Positions 54,909-64,000 of a stretch of DNA of 64,000 nucleotides are shown in pieces. A program made the position numbers and the translations under genes. Source of the stretch: an uncultured Acidobacteriota bacterium (GTDB taxonomy: Bacteria > Acidobacteriota > Thermoanaerobaculia > UBA5066 > Gp7-AA6); NCBI GenBank assembly GCA_963847075.1, contig CAWJYL010000001.1, positions 320,682 through 384,681 on the forward strand. The letters are read 5' to 3'. The notes beneath the pieces are model-generated. The model made no database searches. It had not been told where the DNA came from and was given only the letters and a program-made list of their open reading frames with translations. The stretch's first letter is position 1. Each line of letters starts with the position of its first letter.

Positions 54909-54921
54909 GGCGAGCCCGCGC

Positions 54922-56862
54922 ATGACGGTACCGCTCTGGCTGCTCCCGGTGATCCCGCTGGCGGGATTCGCTGTCAACGGCCTGCTCGGGACGCGCCTCG
55001 GCAAGTCGTTCGTCTCCGCGGTCGGAGTCGGCGCGGCGGGCCTGGTGACGCTCGCCGCCTACAGCCGCCTCGTCCCGTTTGCCTCGGGCGACCATGCGAC
55101 GGTGGTCGAGCCGGTCGCCCGCTGGATCACGGTCTCCGACCTCTCGATCGACCTGTCCTTCCGCCTCGATCCCCTCTCGGCGCTCATGCTGTCCTTCGTG
55201 ACCCTCGTCGCTTTCCTCATCCACATCTATGCGATCGGCTACATGCATGGCGACCATGCGACCGACGCGGGCTATGCAAGGTTCTTCGCCTACCTGAACC
55301 TGTTTCTCTTTGCGATGCTGACCCTCGTCCTGGCGGAGAGCTTTGTGTTCATGTTCGTGGGATGGGAGGGCGTGGGCCTCTGCTCGTATCTGCTCGTCGG
55401 CTACTACTTCGACCGCGAATACGCGGCCGCGGCCGGGCGCAAGGCCTTCGTCGTCAACCGGATCGGCGACTATGGATTCCTCCTCGGAATGTTCGGCATC
55501 TTCGCCGCCTTCGGGTCGCTCAACTACTCCGAGGTCTTCGCGAAGGCCGCGGCTCAGCCGGCCCACTTCTCCCCGGTTCTCTCGGCCATCTGCCTTTGCC
55601 TTTTCATCGGAGCGATGGGCAAGAGCGCGCAGGTGCCCCTCTACGTCTGGCTGCCGGACGCCATGGCCGGGCCCACCCCGGTTTCGGCTCTCATTCACGC
55701 CGCCACGATGGTCACGGCCGGCGTCTATATGGTCACCCGCTGCAACGTGCTCTTCCGCCTCGCGCCGGAGGTGATGGTCTTCGTGGCCGTGATCGGCTGC
55801 TTCACCGCGCTCTTCGCGGGCACGATCGCGGTCGCCCAGAACGACCTGAAGAGGGTCCTCGCCTACTCCACCATTTCGCAGCTCGGCTACATGTTCCTCG
55901 CCTGCGGCGTCGGCGCCTTCACGGTCGGCATGTTTCACGTCATGACGCACGCCTGCTTCAAGGCCTGCCTCTTCCTCGGCGCCGGCTCGGTCATGCACGC
56001 CATGTCCGACGACCTCGACGTCCGGCACATGGGGGGCCTGAAGGCAAAGATGCCCATCACCTTCTGGACCTTCCTCGCGGCGACGCTTGCGATCGCCGGC
56101 ATCCCGCCGTTCGCCGGATTCTTCTCCAAGGACGCGATCCTCGCGAGTTCGTTCGAGGCGCCGGGCCTCGGCAAGCTGCTCTGGTTCGTCGGCCTCTTCA
56201 CGGCCGGCCTGACGGCCTTCTACATGTACCGCATCGTCTCGCTGACTTTCTTCGGCAAGTTCCGGGGAACGGCCGAGCAGGCGCATCACGTACACGAGTC
56301 ACCGGGGTCCATGACGTTGCCGCTCGTCGTACTGGGCCTGCTCTCGCTGACGGCCGGATGGCTCGGCCTTCCCGCGGTCTTCGGCGAGCACCGGGACGTC
56401 ATCGGCGCCTTCCTTGCCCCCATCGTCTCGCCCATCGCCGGCCACGCGGCTTCCCGGGAATCCATGCCGCACGCGACCGAGTGGCTGCTGATGGCCGTGT
56501 CCGTCGCGGTGGCCGCCTCCGGCCTCGTGCTCGCATACCAGTGGTATGCGAAACAGGGCGGCCGGACCCCCGCCCGGATCGCCGCCTCCCTGCCGGGCGC
56601 CTACGCGCTCGTCGCGGACAAGTTCCGCATCGACGAGCTCTACGACTTTCTCTTCGTGCGCCCCTATGCCTGGCTCGCCCGCGTCCTCTGGAAGGTCGTC
56701 GACGTGCTCATCATCGACGGAGTCCTGAATGCCGGCGCGTTCCTCGTCGAGCTTGCGGGCGACTTCCTGCGCTTCCTCCAGACCGGAAACGTCCGCAACT
56801 ACGCACTCTCGTTTCTTCTCGGCCTCGTCGCCCTCCTCGTGTTCGTCGTGGGGGCGATGTAG
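54922..56862 (+). CDS. nuoL: NADH-quinone oxidoreductase subunit L
   Basis: 646 aa antiporter-like subunit. WLPDAMAGPTPVSALIHAATMVTAGVY. A long amphipathic C-terminal region. Confidence 0.9.
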   Translation: MTVPLWLLPVIPLAGFAVNGLLGTRLGKSFVSAVGVGAAGLVTLAAYSRLVPFASGDHATVVEPVARWITVSDLSIDLSFRLDPLSALMLSFVTLVAFLIHIYAIGYMHGDHATDAGYARFFAYLNLFLFAMLTLVLAESFVFMFVGWEGVGLCSYLLVGYYFDREYAAAAGRKAFVVNRIGDYGFLLGMFGIFAAFGSLNYSEVFAKAAAQPAHFSPVLSAICLCLFIGAMGKSAQVPLYVWLPDAMAGPTPVSALIHAATMVTAGVYMVTRCNVLFRLAPEVMVFVAVIGCFTALFAGTIAVAQNDLKRVLAYSTISQLGYMFLACGVGAFTVGMFHVMTHACFKACLFLGAGSVMHAMSDDLDVRHMGGLKAKMPITFWTFLAATLAIAGIPPFAGFFSKDAILASSFEAPGLGKLLWFVGLFTAGLTAFYMYRIVSLTFFGKFRGTAEQAHHVHESPGSMTLPLVVLGLLSLTAGWLGLPAVFGEHRDVIGAFLAPIVSPIAGHAASRESMPHATEWLLMAVSVAVAASGLVLAYQWYAKQGGRTPARIAASLPGAYALVADKFRIDELYDFLFVRPYAWLARVLWKVVDVLIIDGVLNAGAFLVELAGDFLRFLQTGNVRNYALSFLLGLVALLVFVVGAM

Positions 56863-58431
56863 ATGGAGCCGATCCTCCGCGACCACCTGCTGTCGGTCCT
56901 CGTGTTCCTTCCGGCCGCGGGAGCCGCGCTGTTGTTGCTCTTTCCGCGGTCCGCGGTCGCCCCGGCCCGCACCTTCGCCCTGCTGGTCTCGGTCCTCGAG
57001 CTCGCCCTTTCTCTGCCGCTCTGGATCCGCTTCGACCTCGTGCAGCACGGGTTCCAGTTCCGCGAAAAGCTCGCCTGGATTCCGCAGCTCGGCATCTCCT
57101 ACAGCCTCGGCATCGACGGGATTTCGCTGCTGCTCGTCCTGCTGACGACCGTCCTCACTCCCGTCGCACTCCTTTTCTCCCTCTCGCACGTCGAGAAGGA
57201 AGTCCGCGGCTTTTCCCTCGCCTTCCTCCTCCTGGAGACGGGCATGCTGGGGAGCCTCGTCGCGCTCGACCTGGCCCTTTTCTACGTATTCTGGGAAGTG
57301 ATGCTCGTGCCGATGTACTTCATCATCGGCATCTGGGGCGGCCCGCGGCGCATCTACGCCTCGATGAAGTTCTTCCTGTTCACCATGGCGGGAAGCCTCC
57401 TGATGTTCCTGGCCATCCTCTTCCTCGCGATCCGCCACCACGTCGCGACCGGGGTCTGGTCGTTCGCCCTCGAGGACCTGTACCGCCTGACCTTCAGCGG
57501 CCGGACCGAGACGCTGCTGTTCCTCGCCTTCGCGCTCGCTTTCGCAATCAAGGTTCCCGTCTTCCCGCTCCATACCTGGCTTCCGGATGCGCACACGGAG
57601 GCCCCGACAGCCGGATCGATCATCCTCGCCGGCGTGCTCCTTAAGCTCGGGGTGTACGGATACCTGCGATTCGCGCTGCCGCTCTTCCCCGACGCCGCCA
57701 TGCGCTACGCGCCCTGGCTCGGCGTTCTGGGCGTCGTCGGCGTGATCTACGGGGCTCTGGTGGCCTACGCGCAGCACGACATGAAGCGCCTCGTGGCCTA
57801 CTCCTCCGTCTCGCACCTCGGGCTCGTCGTCATCGGGGTCGGCGCCTTCACGACGATGTCGCTCTCGGGCTCCATTCTCCAGATGATCAACCACGGCCTG
57901 TCGACCGGCGCGCTCTTCCTGCTCGTCGGCTGCCTCTACGAGCGCCGGCACACGCGCGAGCTCGACGCATATGGCGGCGTGGCGGGCGTGGTGCCGGTGA
58001 CGGCAACGCTCTTCGTCATCGCCACGCTTTCGTCGATCGGACTGCCAGGATTGAACGGGTTCGTCGGCGAGTTCACCATTCTCCTCGGCACGTGGATGTC
58101 GCCCCACCGCTGGTGGGCGGCGGCCGCCACGACCGGCGTGGTTCTCTCGGCCATCTACATGCTGACCGTGGTTCAGCGGGTGTTCTGGAATCCTCTGGCA
58201 CACGAAGAGAACCGAAGCCTGACGGACACGCGCCCGAGCGAGTTCGTGGCCGCAGCCGTTCTCGTGGTCCTGATGATCTGGATCGGCGTGCGGCCGAACG
58301 ACGTCCTCGATCGGATCCGCCCGTCGGTCGAGACCCTCCAGGCAACCGTCGCACAGAAACAGCTCGCATCGCTCGCCGTCCGCGAGCGGGAAGTCGGGAC
58401 GCCTTCGCCCCGGAGGGCGACCGCGCCATGA
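56863..58431 (+). CDS. nuoM: NADH-quinone oxidoreductase subunit M
   Basis: 522 aa. TWLPDAHTEAPTAGSIILAGVLLKLGVYG. Confidence 0.9.
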   Translation: MEPILRDHLLSVLVFLPAAGAALLLLFPRSAVAPARTFALLVSVLELALSLPLWIRFDLVQHGFQFREKLAWIPQLGISYSLGIDGISLLLVLLTTVLTPVALLFSLSHVEKEVRGFSLAFLLLETGMLGSLVALDLALFYVFWEVMLVPMYFIIGIWGGPRRIYASMKFFLFTMAGSLLMFLAILFLAIRHHVATGVWSFALEDLYRLTFSGRTETLLFLAFALAFAIKVPVFPLHTWLPDAHTEAPTAGSIILAGVLLKLGVYGYLRFALPLFPDAAMRYAPWLGVLGVVGVIYGALVAYAQHDMKRLVAYSSVSHLGLVVIGVGAFTTMSLSGSILQMINHGLSTGALFLLVGCLYERRHTRELDAYGGVAGVVPVTATLFVIATLSSIGLPGLNGFVGEFTILLGTWMSPHRWWAAAATTGVVLSAIYMLTVVQRVFWNPLAHEENRSLTDTRPSEFVAAAVLVVLMIWIGVRPNDVLDRIRPSVETLQATVAQKQLASLAVREREVGTPSPRRATAP

Positions 58432-59885
58432 CCGGAAGCTTCGTTCGCTTCACACCCGCCGACCTCGCGGCGATCCGCCCCGAGATGGCGCTCGCCGTGA
58501 CCGGGTGCCTGATCCTGCTGCTCGAGGCCTTCCTTCCCCGCCTGCGCCGTTCGTTCGCGTCCATTGCGCTGGCCGGCGTGGCGGCGTCCCTGTACTTCCT
58601 GCTCCGGATTCCCGCGGGCGCGACCTTCGGCGGGCGTCTCGACACCTCCCCGCTCACGGTCCTCGTCGGGCTCTTTCTCGGAGCGGCGGCCGCCTTGGCG
58701 ATTCTCGTCGCCAGGCCCTACCTGGAGCGCGCGGGCGAGGAAAAAGGCGAATTCTACGCCCTGCTGCTCTGGGGACACCTCGGCGTCTCGCTCATGACGC
58801 GCGGCCTCGATTTGCTCATCGTATTCATCGGCCTCGAGACTCTGTCGCTGGCGTTTTACGTCCTCGCCGCTTTCTTCCGTACCGTTCCCGCCTCCGCGGA
58901 GGCCGGCCTCAAGTACTTCCTCACGGGCGCCTTCGGCTCGGCGTTCACCCTGTACGGCATCGTCCTGCTCTTCGGAGCGAGCGGCGGCACGAAGATCGAG
59001 GGGTTGGCGCGTTCCGATCTCATGGACAATCCGGCTGCCGCGTTCGGCCTGCTCCTTCTTCTGGTCGGATTCGGATTCAAGATGTCGCTCGCTCCGTTCC
59101 ACGCCTGGGCCCCCGACGTGTACCAGGGAATGCCGACCCCGGCCGTCGCCTACCTCTCCGTCGCCCCGAAGGGTGCCAGCGTCGTGGTGCTGTACCGGGT
59201 TTTTGCCGCCGCCTTCGAGGAGGGCATGCCAGACCGTTTTCGCGTCGCGCTCGCAGCCCTCGCGATCCTCTCGATGACCCTCGGAAACGTCGTCGCCCTC
59301 GCGCAGCGCGACGCCAAGCGGCTCCTCGCCTACTCCGGGATCGCCCACATGGGGTACGTCACGATCGCCCTCGCCGTGTTCGGGCGCGACGCGCTGGCCG
59401 CGGTGATCGTCTACTTCTTCGCATACCTCGTCTCCAACGCCGGCGCATTCGCCGCCATCGCTGCCCTCTATCGCGACGAGACGAAGGCCCATCCCGTGGC
59501 GCTCCTTGCGGGAGAGGGCCGCCGGGCACCGTTTGCGTCCGCGGTGTTCGCGCTCTGTCTCTTTTCGCTGGCGGGCATTCCGGCGACCGCCGGCTTCATC
59601 GGCAAGTTCTTCCTCTTCAAGGCCGCCCTCGAAAAGGGCTTTTACGCCCTCGCGCTCATCGGCGTCGCCAACAGCCTCGTGTCGATCGGTTACTATCTGA
59701 AGGTCGTCTACATCCTTTACATGCGCGATCCGGTGGAGGAGCAGGGGCCGCCTCCCCTTGCGGCCGCCGACCGGCTGGCCCTCGCCCTCTGCGCCGCCGG
59801 GATCTTTGCGATCGGGATCTTCCCCTCTTCACTCTGGGAAGTCGCCCGCCGCGCCGCCGCGAACCTCCCTTTTCTCGGACCCTGA
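58428..59885 (+). CDS. nuoN: NADH-quinone oxidoreductase subunit N
   Basis: ATGA overlap with nuoM. 485 aa. FHAWAPDVYQGMPTPAVAYLSVAPKGA. The track ORF start at 58092 was rejected. Confidence 0.9.
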   Translation: MTGSFVRFTPADLAAIRPEMALAVTGCLILLLEAFLPRLRRSFASIALAGVAASLYFLLRIPAGATFGGRLDTSPLTVLVGLFLGAAAALAILVARPYLERAGEEKGEFYALLLWGHLGVSLMTRGLDLLIVFIGLETLSLAFYVLAAFFRTVPASAEAGLKYFLTGAFGSAFTLYGIVLLFGASGGTKIEGLARSDLMDNPAAAFGLLLLLVGFGFKMSLAPFHAWAPDVYQGMPTPAVAYLSVAPKGASVVVLYRVFAAAFEEGMPDRFRVALAALAILSMTLGNVVALAQRDAKRLLAYSGIAHMGYVTIALAVFGRDALAAVIVYFFAYLVSNAGAFAAIAALYRDETKAHPVALLAGEGRRAPFASAVFALCLFSLAGIPATAGFIGKFFLFKAALEKGFYALALIGVANSLVSIGYYLKVVYILYMRDPVEEQGPPPLAAADRLALALCAAGIFAIGIFPSSLWEVARRAAANLPFLGP

Positions 59886-59953
59886 GCCCCGGCACCGCAA
59901 CGCCGTCCCCGAACACAGCAAAGACGAACAACGCACAACGCGAAGGAGCATCC

Positions 59954-61267
59954 ATGGTAACGAAGCGCAAGGCAACGCCCACGACACCCGCGAGGCGGTC
60001 GCACGCGGCCCCCGGCGCGGCTCCGGAAAACCTGAATCCGTACGACTTCGCCCTCCTCCAGTTCGGACGGGCGGCCGAGGTCCTGGGGCTCGATGACGGC
60101 ACACGCCAGCTTTTGAGCCTGCCGAAACGGCAGCTCATCGTCTCGGTCCCCATCAAGCTCGACAACAAGAAGATTCGGGTTTTCACGGGCTACCGGGTCC
60201 AGCACTCGATCGCGCGCGGACCGTCGAAGGGCGGCATCCGCTTCCATCCGGGCGTCACACTCGACGAGGTCAAGGCCCTCGCGATGTGGATGACGTGGAA
60301 ATGCGCCGTCGTGAACATCCCCTTCGGCGGTGCCAAGGGCGGAATCACGGTCGACCCGAAGAAGCTCTCCATGGATGAGAACGAGCGCCTGACGCGACGC
60401 TACACGTCGGAAATCGCGATCGTGCTCGGCCACGATCGTGACATACCGGCCCCGGACGTCTACACGACCCCGCAGCACATGGCGTGGATCATGGACACCT
60501 TCTCGATGACCCAGGGTTACTCGACGCTCGGCGTCGTCACGGGAAAGCCGATTCCGCTCGGCGGCTCGGCCGGCCGCAACGAGGCGACCGCCGAGGGCTG
60601 TTTCGTCGCAATCGACGAGGCCGCCAAGCGGATGAGGCTCCCGCTCAAAGGCGCGACGGCGGCGGTCCAGGGCTACGGGAACGCGGGCTCGCACGTGGCG
60701 CGCTTTCTCGAGGAATCGGGCGCGAAGGTGCTGGCCGTCTCCGACTCGAAGGGTGGCATTTACGACAGGAAGGGCCTGCGCATGGAGCTCGTCAACGCCG
60801 CCAAGGACAAGAAGGGCACCGTCACCGCCGCCCGCGGCCAGAAAATCACGAACGCGGAGCTCCTCGAGCTACCGGTCGACATCCTGGTGCCCGCGGCGCT
60901 CGAGGGGGCGATCACGCGGGAGAACGCCTCGCGCGTCAAGGCCAAGATCATCGCCGAGGCGGCCAACGGCCCGACGACGCCCGACGCCGACGACATCCTC
61001 CGCAGCAACGGTGCCGTCGTAATTCCCGATATCCTGGCCAACGCGGGCGGCGTGACGGTCTCGTACTTCGAATGGGTGCAGGACCTCTACTCGTTCTTCT
61101 GGGATCCGGACGTCGTCCGCACCCACCTCGAACGCACCATCCGGCGCGCCTACGAGGACGTCGCAGAGACCGCACGCCGGCACGACACGGATCTGCGCAC
61201 GGGAGCTCTCATCCTGGCGGTCGGCCGCGTCGCGGAGGCCACCCGGCTCCGGGGCCTGTTTCCCTAG
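59954..61267 (+). CDS. gdhA: Glutamate dehydrogenase (Glu/Leu/Phe/Val dehydrogenase family)
   Basis: ATG 59954 with GAAGGAG RBS. GGAKGGI...KCAVVNIPFGGAKGG, and a Rossmann GYGNAGSHVARFL. 437 aa. The upstream track ORF from 58505 was rejected. Confidence 0.85.
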   Translation: MVTKRKATPTTPARRSHAAPGAAPENLNPYDFALLQFGRAAEVLGLDDGTRQLLSLPKRQLIVSVPIKLDNKKIRVFTGYRVQHSIARGPSKGGIRFHPGVTLDEVKALAMWMTWKCAVVNIPFGGAKGGITVDPKKLSMDENERLTRRYTSEIAIVLGHDRDIPAPDVYTTPQHMAWIMDTFSMTQGYSTLGVVTGKPIPLGGSAGRNEATAEGCFVAIDEAAKRMRLPLKGATAAVQGYGNAGSHVARFLEESGAKVLAVSDSKGGIYDRKGLRMELVNAAKDKKGTVTAARGQKITNAELLELPVDILVPAALEGAITRENASRVKAKIIAEAANGPTTPDADDILRSNGAVVIPDILANAGGVTVSYFEWVQDLYSFFWDPDVVRTHLERTIRRAYEDVAETARRHDTDLRTGALILAVGRVAEATRLRGLFP

Positions 61268-61591
61268 CAGATTGCTGAAAAAGGGTGTGGGATGGCGTTA
61301 CGAGCGCCGTTGGGTCAGATGCAAGGAAGCGCGAGGACGGCGATGCGAGAGCATCCTTCGCCGCCCCGGGCGGCTCAGGACCTCGGAGCGATGACGAGGC
61401 AGATGGCCCGACGCCGCCGTAACCCGAAAGGTGGCCGGCACTTTGCCGGCGCCCGCTCGGAGTGCGAACCTGTGAGAGAAGCTGCAGGCTGGATCGGGCG
61501 CCGGATGCAAAGTGCCGGACACGACGCCCGCATCCATTTTTGAGCACCCTGCTAGGGTGCGCGTCGGCGCCGGCGACACATTAGCGGCGGC

Positions 61592-62179
61592 TTATGCTTT
61601 TATGAGCACGGCGCGCACGGGCGAAGCGTCGAGGCTCTCGAACCGGAGGGGAAGAGCCACGAGCTGATACTCTCCCTCGGCCACCGCGGCGAGGTCGAGG
61701 TCCTCGAGCAGTGCGACGCCGCGCTCGAGCAGGGCCCGGTGCGCCGGAAGATCTTCCGCGTCCTCCGGATCGATCGACCCGGCATCCGTGCCAACCAGGA
61801 TCGCGCCTCTCTCCGCCAGCCGCAAGGCCGCCAGCGGCGAGAGCGACGCCCGCCCGCCGCTGCGAAACAGGACCCGGGCGACACCGAGGCAGCGGCGCGG
61901 CAGGGCGTCCGGCCCCGTCTCCCCGAGGCCGGGCAGGGCCACGACGCGTGCCGGCCCGAGGTAGGACGCCAGGGGCGCCGACGCGATGGTCTTCCCGTCG
62001 GCAAAGACGTGACTCGGAGCGTCGGCGTGCGTGCCGCAGTGGGCGCTCATCGTGAAGCAGGTCGAGCCCCACGTCGGACCTCCCCCGGGCCCCTTCGTCT
62101 CCCGCCACGTGAAGGGCACGTCGCCCGGCCACACGGGCGTGTCCTCGGAGATCCGGCGCGAGATGTCGTAGATCTTCAT
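61592..62179 (-). CDS. Cyclase family protein (kynurenine formamidase/arylformamidase-like)
   Basis: 195 aa. HCGTHADAPSHV matches the cyclase-family HxGTHxDxPxH metal-binding motif. Confidence 0.8.
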   Translation of the reverse strand: MKIYDISRRISEDTPVWPGDVPFTWRETKGPGGGPTWGSTCFTMSAHCGTHADAPSHVFADGKTIASAPLASYLGPARVVALPGLGETGPDALPRRCLGVARVLFRSGGRASLSPLAALRLAERGAILVGTDAGSIDPEDAEDLPAHRALLERGVALLEDLDLAAVAEGEYQLVALPLRFESLDASPVRAVLIKA

Positions 62180-62634
62180 CGCATTCGGCGGACGGTCTTC
62201 TTCTCCGCGAAGCGCTCGGCGACGTGGGGATCGTAGCCCTTGAGTCGCGGATGAACGGGCATGTCCCGATATTCGGCGTCACAGCGATAGCAGATCGTCA
62301 CCGGCCGGATCCGCGTCGCGACGACCCAGTCGATGAGGACGGACACGAGGAGGACGGGCGTGAACCAGATCCATCCGAGCTTCCAGCCAACCGCAAGCGC
62401 CGCCGCCAGAGACACGGCCATGACCAGGCAGCCGAGGCGCTGGTCGAAGTCCTTCTGAAGGAAGAGCGCGGCGTTCTCACAGAACACGCAACGCTCGATC
62501 CCCTCGAGGCCGACGGCGCCGTCGAAACGGGCCGTGTAGTCTCTTCCGCACTTTTCGCAACGCAGATTGCCCGACTCTTCCGGCGGGAACTCACGCGCCG
62601 TGAGGCAGTCGGGGCAGTAGTACCTCGCTTTCAT
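62176..62634 (-). CDS. Zinc-ribbon (four CxxC) protein with two TM helices
   Basis: 152 aa. Start ATG 62634. CPDC...CEKC...CVFC...CYRC, and a central hydrophobic pair. ATGA overlap with the cyclase gene. The upstream 390 codons of the track ORF are Arg/Gly low complexity and were rejected. Confidence 0.55.
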   Translation of the reverse strand: MKARYYCPDCLTAREFPPEESGNLRCEKCGRDYTARFDGAVGLEGIERCVFCENAALFLQKDFDQRLGCLVMAVSLAAALAVGWKLGWIWFTPVLLVSVLIDWVVATRIRPVTICYRCDAEYRDMPVHPRLKGYDPHVAERFAEKKTVRRMR

Positions 62635-62651
62635 CCGCGCTCGCCAGGCGC

Positions 62652-63410
62652 CTACGCGGGAAATCCCGTAGCCACGGTCAGGTAGGCCGACAAGAGCTCC
62701 CCGATCAGAACGAAGACGAGTGCCACATACAAGAGGCCCGTGGCGGCCTGATTCGATTTCATCTCCGCCGTGCGCCAGATGAAGTACGAGAGCGCGAGGG
62801 GACCCGCGATTCCCCACAGGACGCGGAAGAGGAAGAAAAGACCATCTTTCTCGACGGAAAGGAGCGTGTGGAGTCCCTCGCCTCCCGCGTCGACCGCGAT
62901 CGCCACCCCCAGATAGACGGTGCGAAAGACCGCGAGCCCTGCGAAGAGCGCCGCCCCGCGGGCCAGTAGCTGAAAAGGCAACGACCGGGACACGAGGTAC
63001 CAGTGGCCGAGATTCATGATCAGCAGGACCGACCCCAGGAAGAGGCCACCCCCTACTGCGCCGATGACCGTCCAGGCGCTCCCCGGCTCGAGCGGTGCCG
63101 TGAGCGCCACGCGCGCCAGGCCCCATCCCGCCAGGGTGGCCCCGGCAGGCAAGAGTGGTCGTGCGGCGGAAGCGAGACCCCAGTGAGCAAGGAGGGTGTA
63201 TGCGGCAAGAGTGACGGTCGCTGCCACGGCCGCACCTTGAGTCAGGCCGGCGGGTCGAACCAAGAGGGCCAGCGCTGCGAAGCTGGTCGCCAGCGCCCCG
63301 TGCAGCACGAAGAAGCCCCGCCCCAGCACGCCCGGAGGGAAGAAGAGGAGGAGAAACGCGGTGCCCGCACAGGCTTCGAGCAGGAAAAGGCCGAGGCCGG
63401 AAAGCGCCAT
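62652..63410 (-). CDS. Polytopic membrane protein of unknown function
   Basis: 252 aa with about 7 hydrophobic helices and GC-biased third positions. Confidence 0.55.
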   Translation of the reverse strand: MALSGLGLFLLEACAGTAFLLLFFPPGVLGRGFFVLHGALATSFAALALLVRPAGLTQGAAVAATVTLAAYTLLAHWGLASAARPLLPAGATLAGWGLARVALTAPLEPGSAWTVIGAVGGGLFLGSVLLIMNLGHWYLVSRSLPFQLLARGAALFAGLAVFRTVYLGVAIAVDAGGEGLHTLLSVEKDGLFFLFRVLWGIAGPLALSYFIWRTAEMKSNQAATGLLYVALVFVLIGELLSAYLTVATGFPA

Positions 63411-63422
63411 GAGCCGCCGATT

Positions 63423-64000
63423 CTATCCGGCCGCAGCGGCTGCCAGGATCTCTCTTGCGATCCCGTCGACATGCGTGACGAGGCCGTGATCCCCTCCGGT
63501 GATCGGGATGAACTTCGACCCGACCGGGAGCCGGCCGCTCGCCTCCCAGCGCCTCCAGACAGCTTGCACGCCCTCGAAGGGCACGCTCGCGTCCTCGGTT
63601 CCCATGAGGACCGTTACGGGCATCGCCGGCGGATCTCGGTCCACCTCGACCCGAGCCATCTGTTCGAAGAAGCGCCGATGGATGCCGAGCTCCCGATTCT
63701 CGCCGTGATGAAAGATCGGGACCGGGTCGCCCGGCTCGAGCTTGTCCGTCCACCGAGTCCCAAAGCCCAGGGCCGGCGCAATCAGGACGAGTGGCGCTCT
63801 CACCCCGCGCCGACACGACTCGAGCGCAACGAGCGCGCCCAGCGAGCTTCCCACGACGACGGACGGAGGCTGCACGGAGGCCGCCTGCACAGCCTCCCCG
63901 GCGATCGCGCCGAAGTCCAGCCTCTCGAAGGACGGCCGGTTCAGGTCGGGCGCAACGACCTCATACTCCTCGGTCGGCAGCGCCTCCCTCAATAGCGCGA
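63423..64000 (-). CDS. Alpha/beta-hydrolase (esterase-like), 5' end probably beyond the window
   Basis: GSSLGA nucleophile elbow, with catalytic Asp and His downstream (GGDHGL). The reading frame stays open to the window edge. The first in-frame start is TTG at 63992. Confidence 0.65.
   Translation of the reverse strand, partial: ALLREALPTEEYEVVAPDLNRPSFERLDFGAIAGEAVQAASVQPPSVVVGSSLGALVALESCRRGVRAPLVLIAPALGFGTRWTDKLEPGDPVPIFHHGENRELGIHRRFFEQMARVEVDRDPPAMPVTVLMGTEDASVPFEGVQAVWRRWEASGRLPVGSKFIPITGGDHGLVTHVDGIAREILAAAAAG

Noticed and set aside
51138-58430. Long N-terminal extensions of track ORFs for nuoG (51138), nuoH (52100), nuoJ (53125), nuoK (54216) and nuoN (58092)
   Set aside because: Read-through in alternative frames across upstream nuo genes. 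The true starts are at the ATGA/GTGA junctions, where family-conserved N-termini begin.
61268-61591. Small stem-loops (GCCGGCACTTTGCCGGC; GCACCCTGCTAGGGTGC) between gdhA and the cyclase gene, as a possible sRNA or terminator
   Set aside because: Hairpins are short and lack U-tracts in either orientation. Spurious Arg-rich ORFs cover the region. There is insufficient evidence for an ncRNA.
1-64000. CRISPR arrays, rRNA genes, transposase or integrase genes
   Set aside because: No direct-repeat/spacer periodicity, no rRNA-like conserved stretches and no DDE, tyrosine or serine recombinase motifs were seen in any frame. The only mobile-like DNA is the short MITE-like repeat family.

Overview
This is a 64 kb, very GC-rich (~68-70%) bacterial chromosomal segment. 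The CarboxypepD_reg/TonB receptor architecture and overall composition are consistent with an Acidobacteria-like genome, but that assignment is inference. It is densely coding on both strands, with many 4-nt ATGA/GTGA start-stop overlaps indicating translationally coupled operons. From start to end:

- A partial membrane-protein 3' end and a Crp/Fnr regulator.
- A radical-SAM gene broken by two frameshifts.
- A redox/O2-sensing cluster: two hemerythrin-like proteins and a DoxX-rhodanese pair.
- queD-pspC-domain-surE, then tRNA-Pro(GGG).
- A tightly coupled 4-gene membrane/lipid-headgroup operon (7183-11058): a flippase-like LPG-synthase transmembrane-domain protein, a HAD phosphatase, an ATP-grasp ligase, and a nucleotidyltransferase-like/CDP-alcohol phosphatidyltransferase fusion. 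This is the best candidate for an undescribed system.
- Hypothetical secreted and membrane proteins, and an acyltransferase-3.
- An 814-aa secreted protein with an aromatic/Gly-rich segment and a Pro-rich RPAP-repeat tail.
- mscL, a YbaY-like lipoprotein, and a polyamine (putrescine/GABA) catabolic island: FAD oxidase, two PatA-like aminotransferases, GabT, a saccharopine-dehydrogenase-family protein, GabD-like and gamma-aminobutyraldehyde dehydrogenases, and PotABCD.
- A CarboxypepD_reg/TonB-dependent receptor, MerR, der, a secreted protein, rnr, and a DUF309 protein.
- tRNA-Leu(CAG) with its terminator, followed by a lower-GC sulfatase carrying a CxAxR active-site motif.
- A glycosyltransferase/deacetylase gene pair followed by a coupled deacetylase-fabD-fabG-acpP-hotdog-STAS operon (44408-49115).
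- A 10-gene nuo operon (nuoA-E-F-G-H-J-K-L-M-N) that lacks nuoB, C, D and I and has a short nuoG.
- gdhA, a cyclase, a zinc-ribbon membrane protein, and a partial alpha/beta hydrolase.

Three copies of a ~80-110 bp MITE/REP-like intergenic repeat family were found. No rRNA, CRISPR, integrase or transposase was seen. Coordinates were derived by hand from the ORF track and checked at selected start codons; several gene starts remain uncertain.
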